From the NCBI GenBank assembly GCA_965662265.1, contig CBFIGX010000005.1:7494-71493 (forward strand): DNA of 64,000 nt, written 5' to 3'. A program made the position numbers and the translations under genes. Below are positions 29,124 to 38,889 of the stretch, piece after piece; the stretch's first letter is position 1; each line of letters begins with the position of its first letter. This stretch comes from Flavobacteriales bacterium (GTDB lineage: Bacteria > Bacteroidota > Bacteroidia > Flavobacteriales > UBA7430). The notes beneath the pieces were generated by a model. It ran no database searches. It saw only the letters and a program-made list of their open reading frames with translations, and was not told the DNA's origin.

Positions 29124-29858
29124 TTATTTGACAACAGTAAGTTGCTTTGTTATTTTCTCTTTTGATGTACTTAGGTTGTAAAAATATACACCAGCTTGTA
29201 ATTTCTCTGTATTAACATCAATATTGTGGGTTCCAGCTGTAAATAACCCTTTTGATAATACACTTACTTCTTGTCCTAAATTATTGTGAAGACTAATTAA
29301 AACTTCAGATTCTTCAGGAAGGTAGAAGCTTATTTTTGTATGGTCTACAACAGGGTTTGGTACATTTTGAAAAAGCTCTACAGTTTGATCAACAGACTCA
29401 ATAAATTCAATACTAGTAACAACTGTAATACCGTCTTTGATATATGTATTACCTCCACGTTCAAAAGAACCCATATTTATTGTAACCATTTCATTAGTAG
29501 ACTTCTTCCACCATTTTAATGAAAAAACTTCACCAGTAGAAAGTCCTTCTTTTTCAGAAGTATATTCATCATCGCCCCATAAAGCTATTCCTGTATGATG
29601 ACCAACATATGCAATGCTAGCTACCATATTCCCCGTCTTGTCATATGCAGCAATTTCATCACCAACCTCAGGAGTTAATTCGCCCCAAGCAGTATCTAAA
29701 ATTAAAAGCGTATGATTCGCTCCTGTGTTAACAGGTCTAGAAAAACGTGTTGTTTCTTGAGCTTTACTCATATCTTGAGCTTGAGCTTGAGCTTCTAAGC
29801 CAAAAAAACTTAAAGCTAATGCTAATGTAGTTCCCTTAATTAGATTTAATTTTGTCAT
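29124..29858 (-). CDS. Small T9SS type A sorting-domain (CTD) protein
   Basis: Signal peptide; C-terminal LFQNVPNP...LQAGVYFYNL...TKQLTVVK. Confidence 0.85.
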   Translation of the reverse strand: MTKLNLIKGTTLALALSFFGLEAQAQAQDMSKAQETTRFSRPVNTGANHTLLILDTAWGELTPEVGDEIAAYDKTGNMVASIAYVGHHTGIALWGDDEYTSEKEGLSTGEVFSLKWWKKSTNEMVTINMGSFERGGNTYIKDGITVVTSIEFIESVDQTVELFQNVPNPVVDHTKISFYLPEESEVLISLHNNLGQEVSVLSKGLFTAGTHNIDVNTEKLQAGVYFYNLSTSKEKITKQLTVVK

Positions 29859-29951
29859 AATGTTTTGATTTAAATATATAAATAACAGTAACAAATTTAA
29901 TAAAATTCCACAATACTATTATTTGATTAGTAAAAATAAAAGTAAAATAAG

Positions 29952-31553
29952 CTAAAAGAGATAATTAACACCTACATTTAGTTGTCTTCTGTTAACAGGC
30001 AACTCATTCCAAACTTCATAATCTTGATTTAAAACATTTACTAATTCTACAAAAAAGTTTAGTTGCTTGTCGAAATCATAATTAGCTCTTAAATCAATAT
30101 CTACAGATGGACTGATAGATTTTCTTTCTTCAGTATAACAAGACAAATCACTAACATAAAAGATAGATTCTCTTGATCCAATATATGATATTAGTGAACT
30201 AAATGACCATTGTTCATTGAAGTCATAGATATTAAAAAGTTTAACCTCTAATCTGGGAATATAAGATAGATATTTATTAAAGCTACTGTAGTTAGAACTA
30301 AGTATTAGATCATTTTTTTCATTAATTTCAGCTTCTATGTTAGCACTTAACTCTATCGAATTTAGTGACGTAAACACAGGTGCAATCCAGTTAATGCCTT
30401 CAACATTATTCTCCATATGAACATAATGCATCATATGATCTTGAGTTTTAAACGTGGTACTTATCTGATAATTGACCCCCTTATATAGGTTCCCAACTAA
30501 ACCAATTCTTGCACGAGATACTTTATTTGTAAGCGCAAAGACTTCTGCATTTGAATAATTTAGTGTTTCCCTTTTAAGGAAAGGATTGTTTTTATAGATA
30601 TCTGACCAAGATATGAATTCATTCTCGACCCCTATATCGCAATAGGTATAAAGTGTATTACTGATTAACGGGTATTGCACATAAAAAGATGGTAGAATGG
30701 AAAAAGATCCCTGCACTATATCTATATCTAGTATAAACTCTGTTTGCAGAAGATCATAAGTTCTTTTGGACATTAATTCTGTATTCCACTTTTTATAAAA
30801 TTGTCCTTCAAAAGATTTAAATATAATTTGATTTTTCAATGTCCAATCCAACAATAATGAATCTATTCCTTTGTGAACAGAAGTGATGTTCGTTGTTAAC
30901 TCATTTTGATCAGAATAAAGTTTATTTAAGGACGTATTAAGAGCTAAATACGAGGGCATGTACACAGAAGTAGAATCAGTAAATTTAAAACCTCCGAAGC
31001 CATTAAAATATGACTGTGAACGTTTGGTATTGTTAATATTAAATCGATTAATTCTAGTAAAATTAAGGTCACTTAAAAATTGTATTCCTTTAAATTCTGA
31101 TTTATAAAATCCTCCCAGAGATATTCTAGAAAAATCTCTATGGTTAGAAGAATTATGTTTGCTAGCATCATAATTAACGTATGAGTCATAGAGGTACTTG
31201 GTATTCCTTCCACTACTATGAGAATACATTAATCTAGGATTTAAAGAACTTCCTATAAATGAATGAAGTTTATTTTGGAAAAGACGATTTAAAATAGTCC
31301 GTTTACTGGAAACTGCTGGTAAAGAATCTATAGGTAAATAAACTTTGTAATCTTCAAACCTTATTGAATAATTAAGATATTCAGAAACTTTTGATGTATC
31401 AACAAATAAAGGTTGGGTATTTAATTTGGTTTTCAACATTACCTTGGGCTCAAAATCTTGAACAACATCAATTATTTCCTTTTTGAGGTTTTCTTGTGCA
31501 ATAACTTTAGTGATGGTAAAAAAGATGAAAAGTAGGGTAACTCTAATAGGCAT
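29952..31553 (-). CDS. Outer-membrane beta-barrel protein (TBDR-like, no clear plug), partner of the large TPR protein
   Basis: Signal peptide; IDVVQDFEPKV N-terminus; alternating beta-strand pattern; FVELVNVLNQDY; terminal GVNYLF. Confidence 0.7.
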   Translation of the reverse strand: MPIRVTLLFIFFTITKVIAQENLKKEIIDVVQDFEPKVMLKTKLNTQPLFVDTSKVSEYLNYSIRFEDYKVYLPIDSLPAVSSKRTILNRLFQNKLHSFIGSSLNPRLMYSHSSGRNTKYLYDSYVNYDASKHNSSNHRDFSRISLGGFYKSEFKGIQFLSDLNFTRINRFNINNTKRSQSYFNGFGGFKFTDSTSVYMPSYLALNTSLNKLYSDQNELTTNITSVHKGIDSLLLDWTLKNQIIFKSFEGQFYKKWNTELMSKRTYDLLQTEFILDIDIVQGSFSILPSFYVQYPLISNTLYTYCDIGVENEFISWSDIYKNNPFLKRETLNYSNAEVFALTNKVSRARIGLVGNLYKGVNYQISTTFKTQDHMMHYVHMENNVEGINWIAPVFTSLNSIELSANIEAEINEKNDLILSSNYSSFNKYLSYIPRLEVKLFNIYDFNEQWSFSSLISYIGSRESIFYVSDLSCYTEERKSISPSVDIDLRANYDFDKQLNFFVELVNVLNQDYEVWNELPVNRRQLNVGVNYLF

Positions 31554-31563
31554 AACGTGCTGT

Positions 31564-34500
31564 TTATTTTGTTTGTATCGAGTCAGTGATGGTTAATGAA
31601 TCTAAATTAAGTCGAAGTTGTGAATTACTCTCTGATAGAATTTGAGCCCTTAAACTATTAGCTTCTTTCAAAATATCCTTATCTTGAATATTTAAAATAA
31701 GTTGGTCAAGAGTATGACTAGCTTGAAATACATCATCGTCTTGTAGATAATTTTTTGCCAAAACTATAAAGGATTTTCCAAGCCATAACTTATACATTGG
31801 TAGTAGCCTAGATTGTTCAAATATAATTTGTTTAGACCTTTCATAATCTCCTTTGTAAAAAGCTATAAATGCCAGGTGATACATAGCCTCTGCTTTTAAT
31901 TCTCCTTGACTCTCAACATCTATGTCTCTGTACATAGATGCCGCTAGATCGATATCCATATCTAGATATGCTGATCTCGCAATAAAAGTTTTAACTTCTA
32001 GCAATAAACTCTTATCAACTCTGCCCGAATTTAATACTATTTGCGCTTGCTCTATGGCATTTTTATAGTCAGATAACTCGAAATAACACAACATCAAGCC
32101 TTGCTTTGCAATAAGTTGATCTTCTATGGTTTCTGCTTTATCGTCTAACTGATTGAAGGTACCAATTGCTTTTTTATAATTACGCTTAACAGTGTAAATA
32201 TCTGCTAAAGACTTTAATGCATCCATAGTAAATGAAGAATGTTGTCCAGAACAAACATATTCGTATGCTATGATAGCATCGTCTATGCTATCTATTTTGG
32301 AAGCTGATATTGCATAATAATAATGAGATATTAACTTAAAAATTCCATCATCATACTGATTAATGTATTCCTTAAATCCAAGATAAGCTTTATTGTAATC
32401 TGCTCTTAAAAATTGTAATTCGGCAGATTCATAAGCAGTGGAATCAAGTTGCGAGTTAGATAAATTTACAAAACTTAAAGTTTGCACCCAATCTGCATAA
32501 GACTTTACATCACCAATGTCAACAAATACACTCCTGGCATTACTAATAGCCTCACGAGCAGTTGCCGAAGACGGATAATCGGATGCTATATCTTTAAATG
32601 CTTGAATGCTCTCTTGATTGTTTCCTGAATTGAAGTATATGAGAGCAATTTTCATACGGGCATCAGGAACAAATGGACTTTTTGGGTATTTTACGACAAC
32701 TTTATTAAACATATCAATTGCTTGATCTGAATCTGACAATTTAACATAGGCTTGGCCCATTCTGTAAAATACATCATCATTATAAATAGACTTTGGAAAT
32801 TGCTTTGCAAAGTTCAGCAAATGCTCAACAACCAATTCATAATTACCTTTTTGATAATATGCTAAAGCTATTTGATATGAAGCATAGTCTGAATCAACAC
32901 CCCAAGAATCAACAGCAGATTTATAGTTTATGACAGCCTTATCATAGTCTTTAATCATAAAAAAGGCATCTCCAAGTCTAGCATAAGCATCATGTAACCT
33001 ATGATCGTTTTCGTTTGCATTTCCTATAAAAGACTCAAAGGCTTTTATCGCATTAGTAAAATCCCATAATTTATAATAGCTGTATGCCATATTATAATAA
33101 GAAGATACGTAAGAGTCCATTAAACTGGCAAAAGGTGTATTTTGAAAAGTAGTAAATGCCTCAATACTATTATTATAATCACCTAGTCTATAATAGTTCT
33201 CAGCTATCCAATACCAAGTTAAAGATTCATAGTTTCTATTGTGAGTATATCTCAATGCTTTATCAAAATAATCTTTTGAACCCTCATAATCTCCATCATT
33301 AAATAACTGTACAGCTCTATAATATGAGATCTCTTGATAGGCTTGCTGAAGGGTTATATTTTCTAAACCACTAGATTCCATTGAAACGATGGCTCTTGAA
33401 TAGTCTTTATGACTTAAAAATGCATTGACTAGGTATGAATATGCTTCTTCAGTATATTCTGAGTTAGGGAATTCATTAATAAAATCTTGGAGAATCATTG
33501 TAGGGTCTGCGTAAGGATATCCTAGCTCATAACAGAGTTTTGCAAAGTTAAAACTAGCATGCTCTGTAATACGATTATTTCCTCCTATAATTGCAGCTGA
33601 TTCAAATGCATTTTGGGCAGATCTTTTATCACCGAGCTCTATGTACGAATCTGCTAAGTAGTAATAAGCATTTTGAGCTAAACTATCTTCAGATGAAACA
33701 ATCTTATTAAACGCGGCACTAGCCAATGAAAATTCATCAATTCTATAGTAAGATTGACCAAGTAAATAGTACCCTAAATCAGATAAATTACCACCATTTT
33801 TTAGAAACTTATCATCAAAAAAGACTATCGCATTATTATAATCCCCCTTGTGATAGTATGCTTCAGCTATAAGCTTGTTAATTCGAATATCTACTGCACT
33901 AGAATCGGAAAATGGTAAAGCAAACTCTATTAGTTTATCGTAGGTCTCAAGTTTATGGTAAATTTGAGTAATAAATAAAGGTATGGTTGGATCATTAAAT
34001 GCTTCATCAAGAAGTTCTAAGAAATATGATTTGGACGTTACAAAATTTTGATTCAAATAAGCGATATATGCAAAATAGTACTTAGCAAATTGCTGATGTG
34101 GAGAATCTACGTGTATTAAATCGCGGAAGTAAGATAGAGACTCTTGGTAATACTCAAGCTCAAATAAACTATATGCTGTATTATATTTAAATTCAGATTT
34201 GTCAATATTATCTAGGTGGTTAACATCAACCAATTTATAGTAAGAATAGGCTTTTTTATAATCTCTTTTTTGATAATAATAATCGCCTAAATCCCTGTAA
34301 GATTGATGTAATAAATAGCTGTCAGGGTAATTCATTACAAAATCTTCCATGAGTTCATGTGCATCATTAGTGTATAGATACATAGCAGATCGAGCCATAT
34401 AATATGCACTTTTAATGGACATCATTTCATGTTTATCATCCAACGACTCATTAATTTTTAGAAATAAATGAAAGGCACGTTCATATGACTGAGATTCGTA

Positions 34501-34614
34501 TTGTTGAATCGCTAAATGATAATCATCTATAATAGGATTTGTGATAGACTCTTGGCCTAGCATCTTGTTATTCATTGCAAGAAACAACAGACTACAAAAG
34601 ACATATATTCTCAT
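31564..34614 (-). CDS. Large periplasmic tetratricopeptide-repeat protein
   Basis: Signal peptide and numerous TPR-like units such as YYLLGQSYY, AQNAYYYLADSY and ASFNFAKLCYELG. Confidence 0.9.
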   Translation of the reverse strand: MRIYVFCSLLFLAMNNKMLGQESITNPIIDDYHLAIQQYESQSYERAFHLFLKINESLDDKHEMMSIKSAYYMARSAMYLYTNDAHELMEDFVMNYPDSYLLHQSYRDLGDYYYQKRDYKKAYSYYKLVDVNHLDNIDKSEFKYNTAYSLFELEYYQESLSYFRDLIHVDSPHQQFAKYYFAYIAYLNQNFVTSKSYFLELLDEAFNDPTIPLFITQIYHKLETYDKLIEFALPFSDSSAVDIRINKLIAEAYYHKGDYNNAIVFFDDKFLKNGGNLSDLGYYLLGQSYYRIDEFSLASAAFNKIVSSEDSLAQNAYYYLADSYIELGDKRSAQNAFESAAIIGGNNRITEHASFNFAKLCYELGYPYADPTMILQDFINEFPNSEYTEEAYSYLVNAFLSHKDYSRAIVSMESSGLENITLQQAYQEISYYRAVQLFNDGDYEGSKDYFDKALRYTHNRNYESLTWYWIAENYYRLGDYNNSIEAFTTFQNTPFASLMDSYVSSYYNMAYSYYKLWDFTNAIKAFESFIGNANENDHRLHDAYARLGDAFFMIKDYDKAVINYKSAVDSWGVDSDYASYQIALAYYQKGNYELVVEHLLNFAKQFPKSIYNDDVFYRMGQAYVKLSDSDQAIDMFNKVVVKYPKSPFVPDARMKIALIYFNSGNNQESIQAFKDIASDYPSSATAREAISNARSVFVDIGDVKSYADWVQTLSFVNLSNSQLDSTAYESAELQFLRADYNKAYLGFKEYINQYDDGIFKLISHYYYAISASKIDSIDDAIIAYEYVCSGQHSSFTMDALKSLADIYTVKRNYKKAIGTFNQLDDKAETIEDQLIAKQGLMLCYFELSDYKNAIEQAQIVLNSGRVDKSLLLEVKTFIARSAYLDMDIDLAASMYRDIDVESQGELKAEAMYHLAFIAFYKGDYERSKQIIFEQSRLLPMYKLWLGKSFIVLAKNYLQDDDVFQASHTLDQLILNIQDKDILKEANSLRAQILSESNSQLRLNLDSLTITDSIQTK

Positions 34615-34785
34615 AATGCTAATTTTATTTTTTTAAAAGTAGAAAATCTACGGGTTAGATTTTATAAGAGCGCATGAACTTATGAACGATAAATAGTTAA
34701 TTCATTGTACAAATGCTTTTATAAATATGTGCATGTATAAAATATAAACTAACTACATTTACGTCAATTTTTATTATTTATTATT

Positions 34786-35565
34786 ATGGAACTAGCATGG
34801 TACATGTATTTCTTGTTATTTTTGGCGGGATTATTGGCTGGCACCATAAACACTCTTGCAGGGAATGGATCTGTATTCACATTAAGTTTATTACTGTTTT
34901 GTGGAATGCCAGCTGGTGTAGCCAATGGCACAAACAGAGTTGGCGCATTTGTACAGTGTATTGTTAGTCTTGTTACTCTAAGAACATCTAATAAATTTAA
35001 ACCATTACTCAATGAGAGCTTATGGTTTATGATTCCTACAGTTTTGGGTACTATATTTGGCGCTTATGTTGCTATTAATGTACCTGATGATCTGCTAAAT
35101 AAAGTTATTGGATACCTTATGATTTTAATGTTGGGTTTGCTGTTGTTTAAGCCTAAACGATGGCTTATTGAGACGTCACAAAAAGCAAACAATAAGTCAA
35201 TATTAAATTTTATTATTTTTTTGGCTATTGGTTGGTATGCTGGATTCATTCAAATGGGTATGGGCATTTTATTTCTCTCTGTACTTGTATTAATAGCTAA
35301 ATACACCCTTATTGATGCAAATTTTATAAAAATTATTATTTGTGCTGTTCTATTAATTCCTGCTCTTTTTATTTATGTGTATAACCAACAAGTTGATTGG
35401 CAACCTGCAGTTGTACTTGCTACTGGGCAAGGAATGGGAGCTTGGCTTGCAACATCATTTGCCCTGGAAAATAAGAAAGCCAATCTTTGGGTGCGATACT
35501 TACTTTTAATTATGGTATCGTTAGCAATAATTAAATTATTTAAAATTTATAAATATCTTGTTTAA
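34786..35565 (+). CDS. TauE/SafE-family (sulfite exporter-like) membrane protein
   Basis: AGTINTLAGNGS, ANGTNRVG, GWYAGFIQMGMG. Confidence 0.87.
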   Translation: MELAWYMYFLLFLAGLLAGTINTLAGNGSVFTLSLLLFCGMPAGVANGTNRVGAFVQCIVSLVTLRTSNKFKPLLNESLWFMIPTVLGTIFGAYVAINVPDDLLNKVIGYLMILMLGLLLFKPKRWLIETSQKANNKSILNFIIFLAIGWYAGFIQMGMGILFLSVLVLIAKYTLIDANFIKIIICAVLLIPALFIYVYNQQVDWQPAVVLATGQGMGAWLATSFALENKKANLWVRYLLLIMVSLAIIKLFKIYKYLV

Positions 35566-35566
35566 G

Positions 35567-36301
35567 ATGAACAAAAATTGGTTTGAAGACTGGTTTAACA
35601 CCAGCTATTATCATGTTTTATATCAAAATAGGAATGAGGCTGAAGCTTCTGTGTTCATTGATAATTTATGTAAACATTTAAATATTAAAAGTAACTGCTC
35701 AATTTTAGATTTAGCGTGTGGAAAGGGAAGGCATACCCTTCATTTAGCTAAAAGAGGGTATAAAGCTACTGGGATAGACCTTGCTCCTAAAAGTATTCAA
35801 GAAGCGAATAAGAATGCTATTTCAAACAGTAAATTTGAAGTTCATGATATGCGGAAAACATACCAGTTAAATTCGTTTGATTATGTTTTTAACCTCTTTA
35901 CTAGTTTCGGTTATTTTGAAAAAGAGCATGAGAATATTGATGTCTTGCGTGCCGTAAATAATAACCTAAAAGAAGGTGGTGTTTTTGTGTTAGACTTTTT
36001 AAACAGCAAAAAAACAATACAAAATCTGGTTCATCAAGAGACTAAAATTTTAAATGATATTAGATTTGATATCACAAGAAATTACAATGGAAAGGAAATT
36101 ATCAAAACAATAAATGTTAATGATAATGCTAAAATATTCAAGTATCAAGAGTGTGTTTCAGCCTTTACTTTAGACAATATTGAGATGATGGCAAGTATCG
36201 CTAAGCTCAAAGTGATAGAAGTTTTTGGAGACTATAATTTAAACGCATTTAGTCCCATTAAATCAGACCGTTTAATTATTATTATGAAAGCCGAAAAATA
36301 A
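35567..36301 (+). CDS. Class I SAM-dependent methyltransferase
   Basis: WFEDWFN, ILDLACGKGRH, NLFTSFGYF. Confidence 0.9.
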   Translation: MNKNWFEDWFNTSYYHVLYQNRNEAEASVFIDNLCKHLNIKSNCSILDLACGKGRHTLHLAKRGYKATGIDLAPKSIQEANKNAISNSKFEVHDMRKTYQLNSFDYVFNLFTSFGYFEKEHENIDVLRAVNNNLKEGGVFVLDFLNSKKTIQNLVHQETKILNDIRFDITRNYNGKEIIKTINVNDNAKIFKYQECVSAFTLDNIEMMASIAKLKVIEVFGDYNLNAFSPIKSDRLIIIMKAEK

Positions 36302-36359
36302 ATTTAAACCCTTATATATAGATTTTATATAGTATAGTAAAACCATTTCATTTTCTTCT

Positions 36360-36367
36360 TATATTTG
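36360..36367 (+). promoter_or_regulatory. TAnnTTTG -7 element for the ZIP transporter
   Basis: TATATTTG 19 bp before the ATG. Confidence 0.65.
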
Positions 36368-36386
36368 AAGCCCAAAAAAATTATGC

Positions 36387-37076
36387 ATGACTTACATTGT
36401 TTTAATAGCTTCCGTTTTGATTGGAGTAATTATAGTTCAGTCTATAACTAACTTAAAGGCAAATGCAATTAAGCTATTATTAGCATTTTCTGGAGCCTAT
36501 TTGTTTGCTGTTTCTATCTTCCATTTATTACCACAAGTATACACTGGAAATAACAAAGAAATTGGAGTTTACCTCGTTCTTGGCTTCGTTCTTCAAATTA
36601 TACTAGAATTTTTTTCACAGGGAATAGAGCATGGGCACGGACATGTCAGCAACAAGACTATTCCTATGACAATGCTTATCAGTCTAGCTATTCATGCCTA
36701 CCTAGAAGGTATGCCTTTAAGTGGTGAAAATCATCATGGACATAACCACTACCATAATTCACTACTTATGGGGATAGCGTTACACAAGATACCTGTAACA
36801 ATAGTGTTGATGAGTATGTTCGCTCAAGCAGGTTATTCTAGACTAAAAACATTCATACTCATTTCTTTATTTGCGCTTATGGCTCCTCTTGGTACTTTAA
36901 CGGCTAGTGTGATTCAAGAAGTAAGTAATTATCACAGAGAAATAACAGCTGTTGTAGTAGGGATATTCTTACATATTTCAACCACCATTCTTTTTGAAAG
37001 CTCAGAGGGACACAAATTCAACTTAAAAAAATTACTTGTTATTGGTTTAGGCTCCGTATTAGCCTATCTAGCATAA
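36387..37076 (+). CDS. ZIP-family metal (zinc) transporter
   Basis: LLLAFSGAYL, GIEHGHGH, HAYLEG, His-rich loop, LHKIP, FLHISTTILFES. Confidence 0.9.
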   Translation: MTYIVLIASVLIGVIIVQSITNLKANAIKLLLAFSGAYLFAVSIFHLLPQVYTGNNKEIGVYLVLGFVLQIILEFFSQGIEHGHGHVSNKTIPMTMLISLAIHAYLEGMPLSGENHHGHNHYHNSLLMGIALHKIPVTIVLMSMFAQAGYSRLKTFILISLFALMAPLGTLTASVIQEVSNYHREITAVVVGIFLHISTTILFESSEGHKFNLKKLLVIGLGSVLAYLA

Positions 37077-37078
37077 CT

Positions 37079-38359
37079 CTAATAGTTGTATTTATCTTTC
37101 CATCTTAACTTCAAGAATTCGCGCATAGCGCGCTCTCTTGAATTATCAGAAGGATCATAAAGTTTTGTTCCTTCTAACTCATTCGGTAAATATTCTTGCT
37201 CAATAAAGCTATTCTCAATATTATGAGGATAATTATATTCTTTACCATAATCTAAATCTTTCATGAGTTTTGTTGGTGCATTTCTTAAATGAATTGGCAC
37301 TGATAGAGAACCGGTCTGTTTTACGAGTTCTTGAGCTTTGTTTATTGCTTGGTATGAAGCATTACTTTTAACTGAACTAGCCAGATAGGTAACGCACTGA
37401 GCCAATATAATTCTGCTCTCAGGGTAGCCGATACTACTGACTGCCTGGAAACAATTATTCGCGATAACTAGTGCTGTAGGATTTGCATTACCGATATCTT
37501 CACTCGCTGCAATCAATAACCTTCTGGCAATAAACTTAACATCTTCGCCGCCTTCAATCATTCGAGCTAACCAATAAACTGAGGCGTTAGGATCTGAACC
37601 TCTAATAGATTTTATTAATGCAGAAGCTATATCATAATGCATTGGACCATCTTTATCATATGAACTAACAACTTGTTTTGCATATTTTTGCACAAGTTTA
37701 TCAGTAATAACTATACACTCGGATGGATGCGAATTGACAATTAGTTCAAAGATATTAAGAAGCTTTCGTGCATCACCACCTGACAAACGAAGTAAATCAT
37801 CATACTCATTTATCTTAATGTTTTTGGTAGAAAGTATAGAATCCTTATAAATTGCTCTGTCTAGAATTGCTTTTAGATCTTGTACACTAAAATGCTCCAA
37901 TTTATAAACTTGACAACGAGATAACAAAGCAGGTATAACTTCAAATGAGGGATTTTCTGTAGTAGCACCAACAAGAGTAATTATTCCTGTTTCTACAGCA
38001 CCTAAGAGTGAATCTTGTTGAGACTTACTAAATCGATGAATCTCATCAATAAAAAGAACAGGACTATTTGTGCCAAACAAACCTCTTGCTTTCGATTTTT
38101 CAATAACATCTCTAACATCCTTTACACCTGAATTGATAGCACTGAGAGTGAAAATTTCTCTTTTGAGTTGTTTTGCAATAATTTGTGCTAAAGTTGTTTT
38201 TCCAACTCCCGGAGGTCCCCATAGAATAATTGAGGGAAAAACCCCAGCCTTAATTGCTTGCCTCAATACAGAAGAATTTCCTACCAAGTGATTTTGCCCA
38301 ATATAATCATCAATACTTTTGGGTCTTAACCTATCTGCTAAGGGTTGCTTCATTGTCAT
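37079..38359 (-). CDS. rarA: Replication-associated recombination protein A (MgsA/RarA)
   Basis: PLADRLRP, WGPPGVGKTT, IDEIHRF, GATTENPSF, KSIRGSD, VPIHLRNAPT. Confidence 0.96.
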   Translation of the reverse strand: MTMKQPLADRLRPKSIDDYIGQNHLVGNSSVLRQAIKAGVFPSIILWGPPGVGKTTLAQIIAKQLKREIFTLSAINSGVKDVRDVIEKSKARGLFGTNSPVLFIDEIHRFSKSQQDSLLGAVETGIITLVGATTENPSFEVIPALLSRCQVYKLEHFSVQDLKAILDRAIYKDSILSTKNIKINEYDDLLRLSGGDARKLLNIFELIVNSHPSECIVITDKLVQKYAKQVVSSYDKDGPMHYDIASALIKSIRGSDPNASVYWLARMIEGGEDVKFIARRLLIAASEDIGNANPTALVIANNCFQAVSSIGYPESRIILAQCVTYLASSVKSNASYQAINKAQELVKQTGSLSVPIHLRNAPTKLMKDLDYGKEYNYPHNIENSFIEQEYLPNELEGTKLYDPSDNSRERAMREFLKLRWKDKYNY

Positions 38360-38388
38360 CAGTTCAATATAAATTCAAATATAGAGCT

Positions 38389-38413
38389 AAAAAAACCCAC
38401 TTGAGAGTGGGTT
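38389..38413 (-). terminator. Intrinsic terminator after the small lipoprotein gene
   Basis: A-tract followed by aacccact-tgag-agtgggtt. Confidence 0.7.
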
Positions 38414-38441
38414 ATAAATTAATTTATAGAATAATATAATC

Positions 38442-38789
38442 CTATAGTTTAGTGTCGAGAATATAAACTATCTCCTTTTGATGTTCGATAGAAGTTCCTT
38501 GTTTTTCCATCTGTTTAATGACCACTTTCTTTTTTGTTTCAGGTTTTAACTTAGACTTTTTAAGAATCATCAATATTTTTTTAGCCTTCATAGAATTGTC
38601 TGCCTCAACATCTAGTGCTTTAGAGACAAATTCAGATAGTTTTGAAATTTCCTTTACAGTTTCTTCTTTAGTTAGTTCGCTAGTCACAGCGACTTTCTCA
38701 GAGGCTGGTTCTATTGTTTTAGAACTGTTGTTTTGACAAGAAAATAATATCGAAGATACTATTGCAAATACAATTGTAAGTAATCTCAT
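38442..38789 (-). CDS. Small Lys-rich hypothetical lipoprotein
   Basis: MRLLTIVFAIVSSILFSC lipobox from the ATG at 38789; flanked by terminators on both sides. Confidence 0.7.
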   Translation of the reverse strand: MRLLTIVFAIVSSILFSCQNNSSKTIEPASEKVAVTSELTKEETVKEISKLSEFVSKALDVEADNSMKAKKILMILKKSKLKPETKKKVVIKQMEKQGTSIEHQKEIVYILDTKL

Positions 38790-38837
38790 AGTGTTTGGTT
38801 TAGTTAAGACAATATTAACAATATTCAATAAAGCTGC

Positions 38838-38867
38838 AAAAAAAAAAGCCCTCTAAATTAGAGGGCT
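38838..38867 (-). terminator. dnaK terminator
   Basis: A-tract followed by agccctctaa-a-ttagagggct. Confidence 0.85.
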
Positions 38868-38889
38868 ATCAAAATAATATAGATGCACA

